The position numbers and the translations under genes are program-made. A stretch of 64,000 nt of DNA from the NCBI GenBank assembly GCA_951406725.2, contig OX597814.1, positions 35,774,001 to 35,838,000 of the forward strand, written 5' to 3'. The stretch is from Octopus vulgaris. Taxonomy: Eukaryota. The notes beneath the pieces are model-generated. The model saw only the letters and a list, made by a program, of their open reading frames with translations. It had not been told where the DNA came from and did not search any database. Positions within the stretch are counted from its first letter, which is position 1. The number at the start of each line of letters is the position of its first letter. Positions 38,680 to 50,654 of the stretch are shown here, in pieces.

Positions 38680-39075
38680 AGGCGGCGAGCTAGCAGAAAT
38701 GTTAGCACGCTGGGTGAAATGCGTAGCTGTATTTCATCTGCCATTATGTTCTGAGTTCAAATTCAGAACATAACTTTGCCTTTCATCATTTCGGGGTCTA
38801 TAAATTAAGTACCAGTTACGCACAGGGTTCGATTTAATAGACTTAATCCATTTGTCTGTCCTTGTTTGTCCCCTCTGTGTTTAGCCCCTTCTGGGTAGTA
38901 AAGAAATAGGTATTTCGCCTATCACTACATTCTAAGATCAAATTCTGCCAAGGTCGAATTTGCATTTCATCCTTTTAGGGTCAATAAAATAAGTACCAGT
39001 TGAACACTGGGGTTGATGTAATCAACTCATCCCCTCCCCCAAAATTGCTGCCCTTGTGGCAAAATTTGAAACCAT
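38680..39075 (+). mobile_element. Two tandem or nested family A SINEs
   Basis: A full A copy at 38680-38910, followed by a headless A variant ending GTGGCAAAATTTGAAACC. Confidence 0.8.
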
Positions 39076-39615
39076 TATTACAATTACCAATGCGATCACT
39101 AGCACTGACACTATTACTACATTAAAAACCAGTAGTATTCTTATTATTATCACGACTGCTATCTCTATTGTTATCATTGTTATTAAGATCATCCTCACTG
39201 CCATTATCATAAACAAAATTCAACAGGAGGTGATGGGACGAAATTAGGTTTCCAAGATTTCCGGTAACAAAATTCCTGATACAAAATTTCCAGGATTTCC
39301 AGTGCAAATGTTTTCAGTATAGGAGGTGGGGGCAATATTGGGTGGGTAAACTGCCAGCAAGCAAGCAAGTTTCTAACATTGAAGGCAGAGAAAACAATCA
39401 TAAATTGAAATGATGAAAGGAAAAAAAATCTATCTAAGACAACTAACTTACCAACATTGACATGGAAGAGGAAACAACTGTTTTCACTTGCATCTAATGA
39501 ACTGTATATTCAAACAATAGTCCATGTTTAGATGATAGTTCGTAATACACAACTGAAATGCAACTTAAAAAATAACAGCTTTTAACACAAGAAACAGCTG
39601 TTGTTGTTGTTGTTA

Positions 39616-39619
<4 letters not shown>

Positions 39620-39661
<42 letters not shown>

Positions 39662-40203
39662 TATTATTATTATTATTTTTATGATTATTATTATTATTAT
39701 TATTATTATTATTGAGTGAGAGAGCAGTGCATGCAATCAAAGTGACACTGGGGTAAAATATATGAAGCCCAGTATACCCATCATGACTACGCGTCTGATA
39801 AGGGTACACTAGGCACATGCATCACAACCATATGTGCGCGACATGGTGATCTCATATCAAGATAAACAGCACATGACCTTGCAGGTGGGGCCCAGTTAGA
39901 ATTTTCTTCAGGTTGAGTAGCCCATCCCGCTCAAAAGGTCCCTGAATAAGGGTTGTTTAAGGATGTTGAAAGAACCACCCATGTTTCCAGAGGTAAATTA
40001 TCCAAACCCCATAGAATCCCTCTCAACACATGGCTATGATGCTCCCCCACTACTTCTGCTCGTGATCAGAGATGCACATATCATCAGCCACTAAGGGACA
40101 TGCTCAACTGGTTAAGGTCAAACAACTGACAAGCAAATCTGTGGTATTGAGCAGAATATTTGCTGTAGCCCATCTTTTATACCAAGACAAAACAATGTAC
40201 ATG
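39620..40203 (-). mobile_element. Family F repeat embedded in (ATT)n
   Basis: Reverse-complement match to 24165-24665, with (ATT)n on both sides. Confidence 0.8.
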
Positions 40204-40219
40204 ATTATTATTTTTATTA

Positions 40220-40250
<31 letters not shown>

Positions 40251-40284
40251 TATTATTATCATTATTATTGTTGTTGTTGTTGTT

Positions 40285-40604
40285 ACCTCCACCTTAGCAA
40301 AAGCAGAGGTATTGTTTTCAGTCGTATTTGTTTGTTTATTTGTTTGTCAGTGGTCAAGATTTCTCAAGAACCACCGGATGGATTTGGATGAAACTTTCAA
40401 GGATGTTTGGCCTCGAAACTGGCACAAACTGATTAGATTTGGGGATTGATTTGGTACCGGATAAGGGTTCATTTTTAATATTCTCATTTGTGAGAGCAAC
40501 TGAGTTTATTTCAAATATTCTCCTTTTAAAAAATCATCTCTGGCTACTCATTGAGAGGATATTGGTGTTCTCTTGGCAGAGGTTTGCCCTCTCTGAGTGC
40601 TCTT
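40285..40604 (+). mobile_element. Helentron-associated non-autonomous element (HINE/DINE-1-like)
   Basis: 5' subterminal ACCTCCACC with nearby inverted GCAGAGGT, a (GTTT)n tract, GGATGGATTTGGATGAAACTTT, 3' subterminal GGCAGAGGT, and a short 3' hairpin (GCCCTCTCTGAGTGC). Confidence 0.65.
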
Positions 40605-40610
40605 ATTATG

Positions 40611-40687
<77 letters not shown>

Positions 40688-40714
40688 CATTATTATTATT
40701 ATTATCATTATTTA

Positions 40715-41135
40715 AGGTGGTGAGCTGGCAGAATCCTTAGCATGCCAGGCAAAATGTTTAGTGGCATTTTGTTCATCTTTATATCCTGAGTTCAAATTCT
40801 GCCAAGGCTGACTTTGCCTTTCATCCTTTCAGGGCCAATAAATTAAGAACTAGTGAAGCACTGGGGTCGATGTAATCGACTACCCCCTCCCCCAAAATTT
40901 CAGGCCTTGTGCCTTTAGTAGAAAGGATTATTATCATAATTATTTCTAGAGTAGGTGCACGGCCTGAAATTTTGAGGGGAAGAGGAAGTCAATTACCTTT
41001 ACCTGAGTGCTCAAATCATATTTATTTTATTGACCCTGAAAAGATGAAAAGCATCAAAGTGGACCTCAGTATCATTTGAGCAAGGAATATAAAATGTTGG
41101 AAGAAATGTCACTAAGTATCTAGTCTGATGTGCTT
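40715..41135. mobile_element. Tail-to-tail pair of family A SINEs (+ 40715-40930; degenerate - 40945-41135)
   Basis: An A body followed by its reverse complement. Confidence 0.75.
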
Positions 41136-41184
41136 ACAATACTATAGTAGTAGTAGTAGTAGTAGTAGTAGTAGGAGTAGTAGT

Positions 41185-41425
41185 CATCATCATTTAACGT
41201 CCACTTTCCATGCTAGCATGGGTTGGACGATTTGACTGAGGACTGGCAAACCAGATGTCAGCACCAGCCTCTAATCTGTAGAAACTCTGCCAGATCAAGA
41301 TTGGAGCCTGGTGCAGTCATCTGGTCCGCCAGCCCTCAGTCAAATCGTCCAACCCATGCTAGCATGGAAAGTGGACGTCAAACTACTACTACTACTACTA
41401 CTACTACTACAGATGATGATGATGA
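41185..41425. repeat. Head-to-head inverted pair of family C tails (long palindrome)
   Basis: ACGTCCACTTTCCATGCTAGCATGGGTTGGACGATTTGACTGAG ... CTCAGTCAAATCGTCCAACCCATGCTAGCATGGAAAGTGGACGT. Confidence 0.9.
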
Positions 41426-41967
41426 TAATAAAATTACTATTATTAAAATCCTGCCACTATGATAATTCTGATGAATAATGAGATTTTCTTATTTTATTAT
41501 AATGTTAAAACAAAAACAAAAAAAGGAACAGACAGAAATAAAATGAGTTACTTTTGGATGTGCTTGTGTATGCTTATTTTCACAATAAAATTTCTTACGT
41601 ATGTAGCATATTGTTTATTTAATAACTGTAAGTTTAAACTATAGATAAGTGTAAGTTTTTGATATTTTAAAATCAGACAACAATACAACCAAATACAATA
41701 GAGAGTCAAACATGTAAGATAGTGAGATGAAAAAAACACTTTTGGTTAACTGAGATTTGTATTAGACTGATCTCCAAGAATGTTGGACAAAAACACTGTT
41801 TTGCAATATTTGTTTTTGGATCTTTTTGATTTCAGTTTAATTCCTATCAACGTCAAATTTGCTTTCCATCTTTACAAGGAGGTCAATATTGGGGTTGATT
41901 TAATTGCTTGTCTCCTTCGCCATATTTTTGTCCATGTACATGTTTCAGAAATTATTATCAACAATAT

Positions 41968-42380
41968 AGGTGTAGGAGTGGCAGTGTGGTAAGTAGCTTG
42001 CTTACCAACCACATGGTTCCAGATTCAGTCCCTCTGTGTGGCACCTTGGGCTAATGTCTTCTACTATAGTCTTGGGCTAACCAAAGCCTTGTCAGAGGAT
42101 TTGGTAAATGGAAACTGAAAGAAGCCTGTTGTATATATGTATATATCTATATATCTACGTGTGTATATATGTTTGTGTGTCTGTTTGTCCTCCCAACATC
42201 GCTTGACAACCAATGCTGGTGTGTTTATGTCCCCGTAGCTTAGCAGTTCAGCAAAAGAAACCGATAGAATAAGTACCAGGCTTACAAAGAATAAGTCCTG
42301 GGGTCGATTTGCTCAACTAAAGGCGGTGCTCCAGTATGGCCACAGTCAGATGACTGAAACAAATAAAAGAGTAAAAGAGT
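41968..42380 (+). mobile_element. SINE family B, full length
   Basis: Head, CORE-like motif, short microsatellite, and tail ending AAAAGAGTAAAAGAG. Confidence 0.9.
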
Positions 42381-42581
42381 GAATATTATATAATAGACTG
42401 TATCTAGAAACATATTATGCAGTATGTGCCTTGCATTTTGAAAGATGGTAAAGAAGATTTTGCTGCTATTACTAACATGTCAAACAAATGCATATCTGAT
42501 CTCTTGCTAGGAAAGTGTTATATATGAAAGTTTAGCACTCCTGTCCAGGAGCAGAATTATATGATGGTAGTGAAGCTGGAC

Positions 42582-42840
42582 ATGGAGGTGTGTGGCTTAG
42601 TGGTTAGGGTGTCAGCATCATGATTGTAAGATTGTGGTTTCGATTCCTGAACCGGGCAACGCGTTGTGTTCTTGAGCAAAACACTTCATTTCACATTGCT
42701 CCAGTCCACTCAGCTGGCAAAAATTAGTAACACTGTGATGGACTGGCATCTCATCCAACTGGGGAACATATACGTCATAGAAACTGGGAAACCAGGCCCA
42801 TGAGCCTGGCTAGGCTTTGAAAGGGTGTGAAGAAGAATAA
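42582..42840 (+). mobile_element. SINE family D with 13-bp TSD
   Basis: TSD AGTGAAGCTGGAC at 42569-42581 and 42841-42853. A box TGGCTTAGTGG, B box GTTTCGATTCC. Confidence 0.9.
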
Positions 42841-43371
42841 AGTGAAGCTGGACTATATGGCTTATGGATGCTGCTTATGTTAGATTTGCTTCTTGTTATT
42901 ACCATTGTTGTTGCTGCTGATATTGTTGTCGATGCCTTTTGTTTGGCTCTAGATCAGTCCTGATTCAAAACTCCTGTCATAAGAGCCCAATTTGGGTATG
43001 CATGCATGTAGTTTATGTTTGTGTCTCTTTGTTTTGACATTGAATAATGGTTGTAAATGAGTATCACGATTAAACAAGTGGTGTCTATTTTTTCCAGTCT
43101 TCTGTGGAAACGTGTCTAGACATGGGGAAATGTTGCCTTACTTGGAAACAAGTGAGTGTTAACAACAAGAAGGGCATTCAATAATAGAAAATTTCCCCCA
43201 AAGAATTCCATTTGACTCATTCATCTGGGCACCTAACTCTCCGGACTGCAACCCCCTTGATTCTTTTGTATCATCTATCTGGATGTTTTGCGTTCTTGTC
43301 CCATTTTTTATTTTTATACAGACATACATACATACATACATACATACATACATACATACATACATACATAC

Positions 43372-43510
43372 GCACTTTGGGTAAGTGTCTTCCACAATAG
43401 CCCCGAGCCGACTGGAGCTTTGTGATTGAATTCGGTAGGTGGAAGTAACTGCCGTGTGTGTATGTGTGCATATAGCTGCTCAGTGCCTCTCCGAAAGAGA
43501 GAGAGGGATA
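43372..43510 (+). mobile_element. SINE subfamily B' (5'-truncated)
   Basis: Matches the reverse complement of 56035-56175. Tail GCTGCTCA.TGCCTCTCCGAAAGAGAGAGAGGG. Confidence 0.75.
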
Positions 43511-44341
43511 TATATATATGTATGTGTATATTTATATACATATGTATATAAAGAAGTGTGTTCCCATGCAGGGAAAAAATATAGCAGAATTTGTTATGGG
43601 GTTTTAAAATGCATCTGAATTTGAGAAACATGTAGTTGTTTATAAATAAATTGATTTACATACATACCAAACCAGTTTCAACATTTTTTTGTTTATCAAT
43701 GTTACAAATATATATAAAACAAGGGATTTTTCAATGGAGTTTAAAATTACAGACAAACATGTTTAAATGATCAAATGTTCAAATCTTCATGTAAATTTTA
43801 ATAAGTTTCATAGGGATAGATAATATCAGAGTAAATGTTCAGTGAATATTATAACAAAAGTACATTATTAAGTTTGGTCATGTTTTATAGAATATGAAGA
43901 CAAGAGAGAGAAAGGGTTGAGAGTCAGAAAAAGGGTTTTTTTCCACAATTTCTTTCTTGGTGCATGTAGTTCTTTTTGCTTTGCATACTGGTCTCTTTGC
44001 TTTACAGGCTTTATTTTTCTTTGAATTGGAAGATATTTTGTGTATATATATGTTTTTATGGGAAAGGATCTAATTTTTGATTGGTTATAATTGTGATGAT
44101 GTCTTATTCTTTCTGATGGATGTTTTTTTATCAAAAAATACATTTTGTTTTAACATTAGTGTTCTGGCTGATTGGTTGGTTCTCTGTACATGGGAACAAG
44201 TTTTGATTGCCTGTAGGTTTCGTGACATCATTTTATTTTGATAAAGAACCTGATTCTGTTTTGGTCAAGTTTAGTGTTCTGCTTGGTTAACTGCCTTGTA
44301 GAGAATACAGACACACACATACACACACACATAAATATATA

Positions 44342-44550
44342 TCATCATCATCGTTTAATGTCCACTTTCTATTCTGGCATGGGTTGGACAGTTTGACATA
44401 GAGCTGGCTAGCAGTGAACTGTCCAGACTCCATCTGTCTTCTGTGGCATGGTTTCTATGACTGGACGCCCTTCCTAACACCAACCACATAACAGAGTGCT
44501 CTGGGTGACTTTTACATGCCACTGGCATGGGTGCATTTATGCAGCACCCA
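44342..44550 (-). mobile_element. Family C copy, diverged
   Basis: (CAT)n plus reverse-complement tail (GCCCTTCCTAACACCAACC). Confidence 0.75.
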
Positions 44551-45290
44551 TCCCTTTCTGATATCTTGACCATCTTAAGTACAAGAAAAAGCAAAAGAGA
44601 AAGACATAATATGCAATGCAATTTCACATACTCTTAAATGATTGGATGGTCATGGCTGGAATGATATTTCTCATATTCATGCTAAATTGAAGTTGATCTT
44701 GGACTAAACTACAACAACAGTATACAGTTCACTTTCAATATACATCCTGCATCTATTGTCCATAGACATTATATTTCTAAAGCAATACAGACTGCTTCGA
44801 CTGTTCTTTTCAACAGCTGATTTTAATGACTAACCGTTCTATCAACCAACTTATACAGCACCTGTCATGAAAGTTTAACGTGAATAGATCATGCATTCTT
44901 CATTCTTCTGCAGTTTATGTAGATTTTCCAAAGAGAGAAATATGTCAGTTTCTACTTGACAATTTACAATACAACTAATGAGGCTTGGACAGAAATGATA
45001 GAATATACTTACTATAATGATAGCTACGTTGTCATCGTCCTCCTCCTCGTCCTCCTCCTCCTCGTCCTCCTCCTCCTCGTCCCCCTCCTCCTCGTCCCCT
45101 CCTTCTCATCCTCCCTTCCCCCTCCATCCCTACAATATAAAAGACATAATGGAAACTTAGCGGTGCAGTAAAAGAGACTGATAGAATAAGTATCAGGCTT
45201 GGCAAAAAATAAAGTACATGGGTTGATTTAATCGACTAAAAAAAATTCAAGACAGTGCCCCAAATATATATATACACAGCTACTCCTGTG

Positions 45291-45337
<47 letters not shown>

Positions 45338-45338
<1 letters not shown>

Positions 45339-45510
45339 CACAGGAGTAGCTGTATGGTGAGAAGCTTGTTTCCTAACCACATGGTTTTGGGTTCAGTCCC
45401 ACTGCATGGCACCATGAGCAATATGATGATACATATAGCCTCAGGCTCACCAAACCCTTGTGAGTTGATTTGGTAGATAGAAACTGAAAGAAGCCCATTG
45501 TATATATATA
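45338..45510 (+). mobile_element. SINE family B head
   Basis: GCACAGGAGTAGCTGTATGGTGAG...GGTTCAGTCCCACTGC...GAAACTGAAAGAAGCCC. Confidence 0.8.
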
Positions 45511-45515
45511 ATTAA

Positions 45516-46122
45516 GGGCATAGAAAAACAATTTTTTCAAGCCTATATGCTAAAGATAGATGCTAAATCATTTCACCACTTTAAAATTTGCAAAAATACA
45601 TGTGCCGAAAATGAATGAGCAAGCTAATGGATATTAATAACAAAATAGATAGCTAATTTCTGGTTCTACCCCATGGCTTTACATCATCAGCAGATGCTGG
45701 CCAATGATAGAATTTTAAAAAAAAATGTTATCCTTTATTATTATAATTAAAAAATTTTTCTTCACTTTGGGATTGTATAGCCACTTATGTGCTAATACAA
45801 CTAAATACACATGCTGAGGTAAGCTGTGAAATTTGTTCTTGAGGTATCTGAGGTATTTATGTGTAGTTATGGTCTTGCGTTTGCTTTCCTGTAGGTATGT
45901 ATAAGTATCTCATTTATTTCCTGTATGCATGCTCTGCTGATGAGGTAAAGCAATGGGGCAGAACCAGATATAAACTAATCCAGGGCTATCTATTTTGCTA
46001 TTAATTTCTGTTAGCTTGCTCCTTCACTTTCAGTACATGTATTTTTGTGATTTTTAAAGTGGAGAGATGATTTAGCATCTATTTTCAGCATATAGGCTTG
46101 AAAAAAATTTTTTTATATGCCC
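45516..46122. mobile_element. Fold-back MITE with ~180-bp TIRs and TTAA TSD (Kolobok-like)
   Basis: TTAA|GGGCATA...TATGCCC|TTAA. Arms 45516-45694 and 45933-46122 are colinear reverse complements. Confidence 0.8.
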
Positions 46123-46411
46123 TTAATTATGATATATATATGATTACACTGTAATCAGTCTATTTTTATATGCTGGCCACTGATGAAATTTTAACAAAAA
46201 ATTTTATCCTTTATATATATAAAGGCGCAGGAGTGGCTGTGTGGTAAGTAGCTTGCTAACCAACCACATGGTTCCGGGTTCGGTCCCACTGCATGGCATC
46301 TTGGGAAAGTGTCTTCTGCTATAGCCCCAGGCCGACCAATGCCTTGTGAGTGGATTTGGTAGACGGAAACTGAAAGAAGCCTGTTGTATATATGTATATA
46401 TATATAAGTGT

Positions 46412-46617
46412 TGATTCACTAGCTTCTGCATGCATTTTTTTTCTCTCCTTGTTTCTCTCCGTGTTTCTTTTCTGTGTATCTTTCTGTTGAAGAGTGTAGG
46501 CTCGAAACGTAAAAGACTTGTTTTATTTATATTCCTGAGCGCCATACTAACTAATACAATTGTTTGTTTGTATTCCACCTGCCTTCGTCTTTTGTTTATT
46601 TTCATAAAGCTTCCCGT
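46412..46617 (+). mobile_element. Penelope-pLTR-like or retrozyme-like insert with 13-bp flanking direct repeat
   Basis: Flanked by TATATATAAGTGT (46399-46411 and 46618-46630). Contains a hammerhead-like core. Confidence 0.65.
46479..46516 (+). ncRNA. Candidate minimal type-I hammerhead ribozyme (A6U variant, palindromic stem III)
   Basis: TCTTT-CTGTTGA-A-GAGT(GTAG)GCTC-GAAAC-GTA-AAAGA: 5-bp stem I, 4-bp stem II, ACGT palindrome and a GUA triplet. Confidence 0.55.
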
Positions 46618-47015
46618 TATATATAAGTGTGTGTGTATATGTTTGTGTGTCTGTGTTTGTCCCCCTAGCATTGCTTGACAACTGATGCTGGTGTGTTTAC
46701 GTCCCCGTCACTTAGTGGTTCACCAAAAAGAGACGTATAGAATAAGTATTGGGCTTACAAAGAATAAGTCCCGGGGTCGATTTGCTCGACTAAAGGCGGT
46801 GCTCCAGCATGGCCGCAGTCAAATGACTGAAACAAGTAAAAGAGTAGAAGAGAGTAAAGAGTATATATATATGTATATATACACAAGGGCACCACAATTA
46901 ATGGCGCATAATACGTTCTCTGCTGCAGAAATTGCAAGACACCATCAAAGTAGGGAGGTGTGGCATTCTGATTATAAGGGTTCCGCCCCAGTTCACAAAT
47001 GTTGCCTAGATGAAA

Positions 47016-47340
47016 ATACATTCCTGTGGCTATAAAATCCTTTCTTATCTCCCTTACTCTCCCAACCTTGCATCATCTGACTTCCTCCTCTTTCCAACCA
47101 TGAAGACTTTTTGAAGTAGAGAGTACTTTTCAGATGATGATGAAATTATTTCTGAGGTAAAGTCTTGGCTCCAGACGCAACCTACTGACTTTTACAGATG
47201 AGGCTTTCACAACTTCATAAAGCCATGGGAGAAGTGTGTCACCATTAGTGGTAGCTATATAGAGAATTTTCCCAAGTTTCATTTATCCCAGTCTTTGGGA
47301 AGTGGGTCAGGGAAATCATTAACGAACACCACTTGTATAT
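47016..47340 (+). mobile_element. mariner (DD34D) transposase C-terminal remnant plus right end
   Basis: IHSCGYKILSYLPYSPNLASSDFLLFPTMK...FSDDDEIISEVKSWL...FY...WEKCVTISGSYIE (YSPDLAPSD motif). Confidence 0.85.
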
Positions 47341-49796
47341 CTATGTGTGTCTGTTGCCCCATCATTTTCTTTCTATGAAATCCACTAACAAGTCTTTGAT
47401 TAGCCCTGTCCTACAAAACACACTTGCCCAAGATGCAACATTGTGAGATTAAATGTCTAATCATGTGTTTGGGAAGCAAACTTCTTAACTGTGCATTCCA
47501 TGTCTCTTATTCTGCTATCATAATTCCACTCTCATATAAACTGCATTGAAGAAATACTAAGCCAGCCCATTTACTTCACTTGCACTTTATTTTAATGACC
47601 CCACAAGACCAAAAAAAACCAACAAAAAACAAAAAACAAAAAAAAAACAAAAAAACAATCAAAAACGAAGTTGAACTTAGAAATATTTAAAACACAAACT
47701 TGAAGGCTAGTAACTAAATACTACAAGAATTTTAGTTCCCAACATACTACTTTCTCTGTCAGTCTACTGCCTGAGATTACAAAATATGATTTGAGAAAAA
47801 ATTAATTACTATTTCTAGCAGGTTAGCAGCCATGTAGAGCATCTTTCATTAACACATATAGTTCATAGTTTTATGTAGATTCTGCACTTGAAAGCTGACA
47901 ATTGGTTCATTTGACAGCCAAGTCACCTCTCACTCATTCCCTGGCCTTTGGGCAATTAATCCAACCCCATAAAGATGCACAATCCTGTGCAAATCATTGT
48001 GTTGAGACCATGTATGTGTTGTAAAGTATTTATAGAACGGAAATGGAATGGAAAACTATGCATCAGCTGTTTTAAATGTTTGCAAAAGTTTAAGAAAATC
48101 TATTAAAAATAAAGATAGGCAGAGCTTTTACACACACAAAATATACACATCTACATACATTAGCTCACAAATATATGTATGTGTCTGTGTGTGCATGTGT
48201 GTGTGAATATGAATGCAAGCATAGAAAAGTGGATATTAAATGTTTATGAGGATGATGACAGACACACACATATGTATATATTATATATACATACACATTT
48301 TTATAAACATATGCAAACATACACATCTTATATGTACATATATATATATGTGCATAAATATAAGCGTATGTATACGGTAATTATGTGTGTATTTGTGTAT
48401 GTGCCTGTAGACCTTCAAGCAATTTAAATATTGCTTTAGGCATTATTTTCCTATTGTCAGTTTAATTACTTCTCTTCGGCAGTATTTAATTAATAAACAC
48501 TATTCTTTAATTATTAATAATAACTTTAACAAACATTTATTGTCAGTCAAAATTATTTCTTAACATTTTATTTAGTTTTATGTTAAGATATTTTAGGCAT
48601 CAATAAATAAGCAATATGATAAAGATAATAAAATCTAAAATATTATGTATTAATTTCTCAACTATTTAATATTTTAGAACACAGAAATGCTACAAGCAAT
48701 GGTTTCTATCTCAATCACCTTGAAACTGCTGAATTAAAATGTTATAGAAATATTTCTTTTGCTTCCAGACAATAAATTTATGAGCTCTAAATTACTACAA
48801 CACTGAGAAACCAATTACAATGCTACCCCGTAATCAATCAATTTGCTAGAAATAACAACAACATCTCCTTGAATCATATGCTATGAAAAACATGAAATGA
48901 AGAATGCATTTACTAATGTACCCTTGATGAAATAGTTATGGCTGAAATAGTACTCTTGAAAGATGATGATGAGGATGATGATGATGAAATGATACTCTTG
49001 ATGGTAATGGTCATGGCTGGAAAGCCTTCAATCATAAATAAACTTGAGTAGTGATGAGATAGGAAAAAAATCAACAATTATGGAAAGTTCAACTGATCTG
49101 TGTCAGAGATAAAGCAACAAAAAATTATAAGGAACTGAACTAGCTAGAAGTAATCAACATAATTCACACCATATCATTTTTGTAGGTTGAACTGCTGTCA
49201 TTCCAATCATCAGAGATGGTACCAGGGTGTCCATTATCTTTGGTCAGCCTTACACTGTGTGTCCCCTGACTATAAGAAACCCCTTTTCTCTACTATTGAT
49301 TTTTATTTTTTTATATTATATTTTATTTTATATTTTATATTATTTTTTTAATATTATTTTTTTATAACAGACTCCATCTATCACTTTCATTACACTGACC
49401 TGAAAATGCAATCAAACATTTGTAGTTAACATGTGAACAATAAATCAATAGTTTTATGGTCATACATATCACTATGTAGTGAAGTTGTGTTGTTTAGTGG
49501 TTAGGGTATTGCACTGATGATTGTAAGATCATAGATTCATTTCCCAGACAGGGTGGTATGTTGTATTTTTGAGCAAAACATTTTTTTTTTTACATTACTT
49601 CAGTCCCCTAAGGTATAAATGAGTTCCAGCAATAGCTGGGAAGTTTACCCTGTGACAGACTGGTATCCTGTCAAAGGAAGAATAGGCTAGGCTGATTGGT
49701 TTCTTAAGTCACTTATATACTATGTAAGCTGGATTAAGTTCCTGCTTTACGGGTGAAGAGCTTACAAAAAAAAAAAAAACAGAGAAGAAAATATTG

Positions 49797-50000
49797 TCAT
49801 CATCATCATCATCATCATCATCGTTTAACATTCATCTTCCATGCTAGCATGAGTGGGATGGTACCACAAGAGCTGGTCAGGTTGAAGCCTGCACCAAACA
49901 TCTGTGACTGTTTTGGTAGGACTTTTACAGATGGATGCCCCTCTTAACACTAACCACTCAGCAGAGTGTACTAAGTGCTTTTTAGGTGCCACAAGCACAA
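49797..50000 (-). mobile_element. Family C copy, diverged
   Basis: (CAT)n plus reverse-complement tail. Confidence 0.7.
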
Positions 50001-50049
50001 GGGAGGTGAGTTCACAGCAGATTTATTACTGGGCAAAATTTAAATATTT

Positions 50050-50570
50050 CACTCTGACAGGAATTTAGAAATGATATGCTGTACTGCTTGGCATTCGTGC
50101 TGGAAGCTTCAATACAAGAATTTCTGAGTGTTTGGCTGTCAATTTGAGGTCAGTGTAATCTGAGGACGTACTGAGAGGGATAAAAATCAAACATCCAGCC
50201 AACGTCATGGTATTTGGAGTGATCACTTGTGATGGTGATATTATGCTTCCATTCATCTTCCCACATTGCCTCAGACCCAACATGGAGGCCTACATCAAGT
50301 GCCTGGAGGAAGTAGTGCTGCACTGGATCAAGAGGATGGCTGCTGGATGAACCAACTTAAACATGGAGACCATACAGAAGAGTTGCAGGAGATTCTGCAG
50401 TTGTCTGGAGGTTGTGGTCAAAGTCATTGGCAATTCTATTGAATAAATTTACTCTTTAGCATTTCAAGATATTTTATGTAATTTTGGTAAATATATCTGT
50501 TAAAATGAGATGTCAGAGCTATTTTCACTTTTGCATTATTTAGATGACAGTCTATTCACTGCACCCTGTA
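50050..50570 (+). mobile_element. Internally deleted Tc1/mariner-superfamily element (DD37D/maT-like)
   Basis: KHPANVMVFGVITCDGDIMLPFIFP...AYIKCLEEVVLHWIK, C-terminal ...KSCRRFCSCLEVVVKVIGNSIE*, and end GCACCCTG|TA. Confidence 0.7.
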
Positions 50571-50576
50571 CATACA

Positions 50577-50608
<32 letters not shown>

Positions 50609-50654
50609 CATATATATGTGTGTGTGTGTGTGTAATATATATAATATATATATA

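Larger units (their letters stand above)
46223..46862 (+). mobile_element. SINE family B interrupted by a ~206-bp insert
   Basis: Near-consensus head at 46223-46400 and tail at 46630-46862. Confidence 0.9.

Noticed and set aside
43860-44300. Possible second Penelope C-terminal remnant (- strand)
   Set aside because: Only vague similarity, with no unambiguous motif.
46800-46850. SINE B tail AGTC-AAAT-GACT-GAAAC-AA-GTA as a hammerhead
   Set aside because: It resembles stem II/GAAAC/GUA, but there is no CUGANGA upstream and no stem I.
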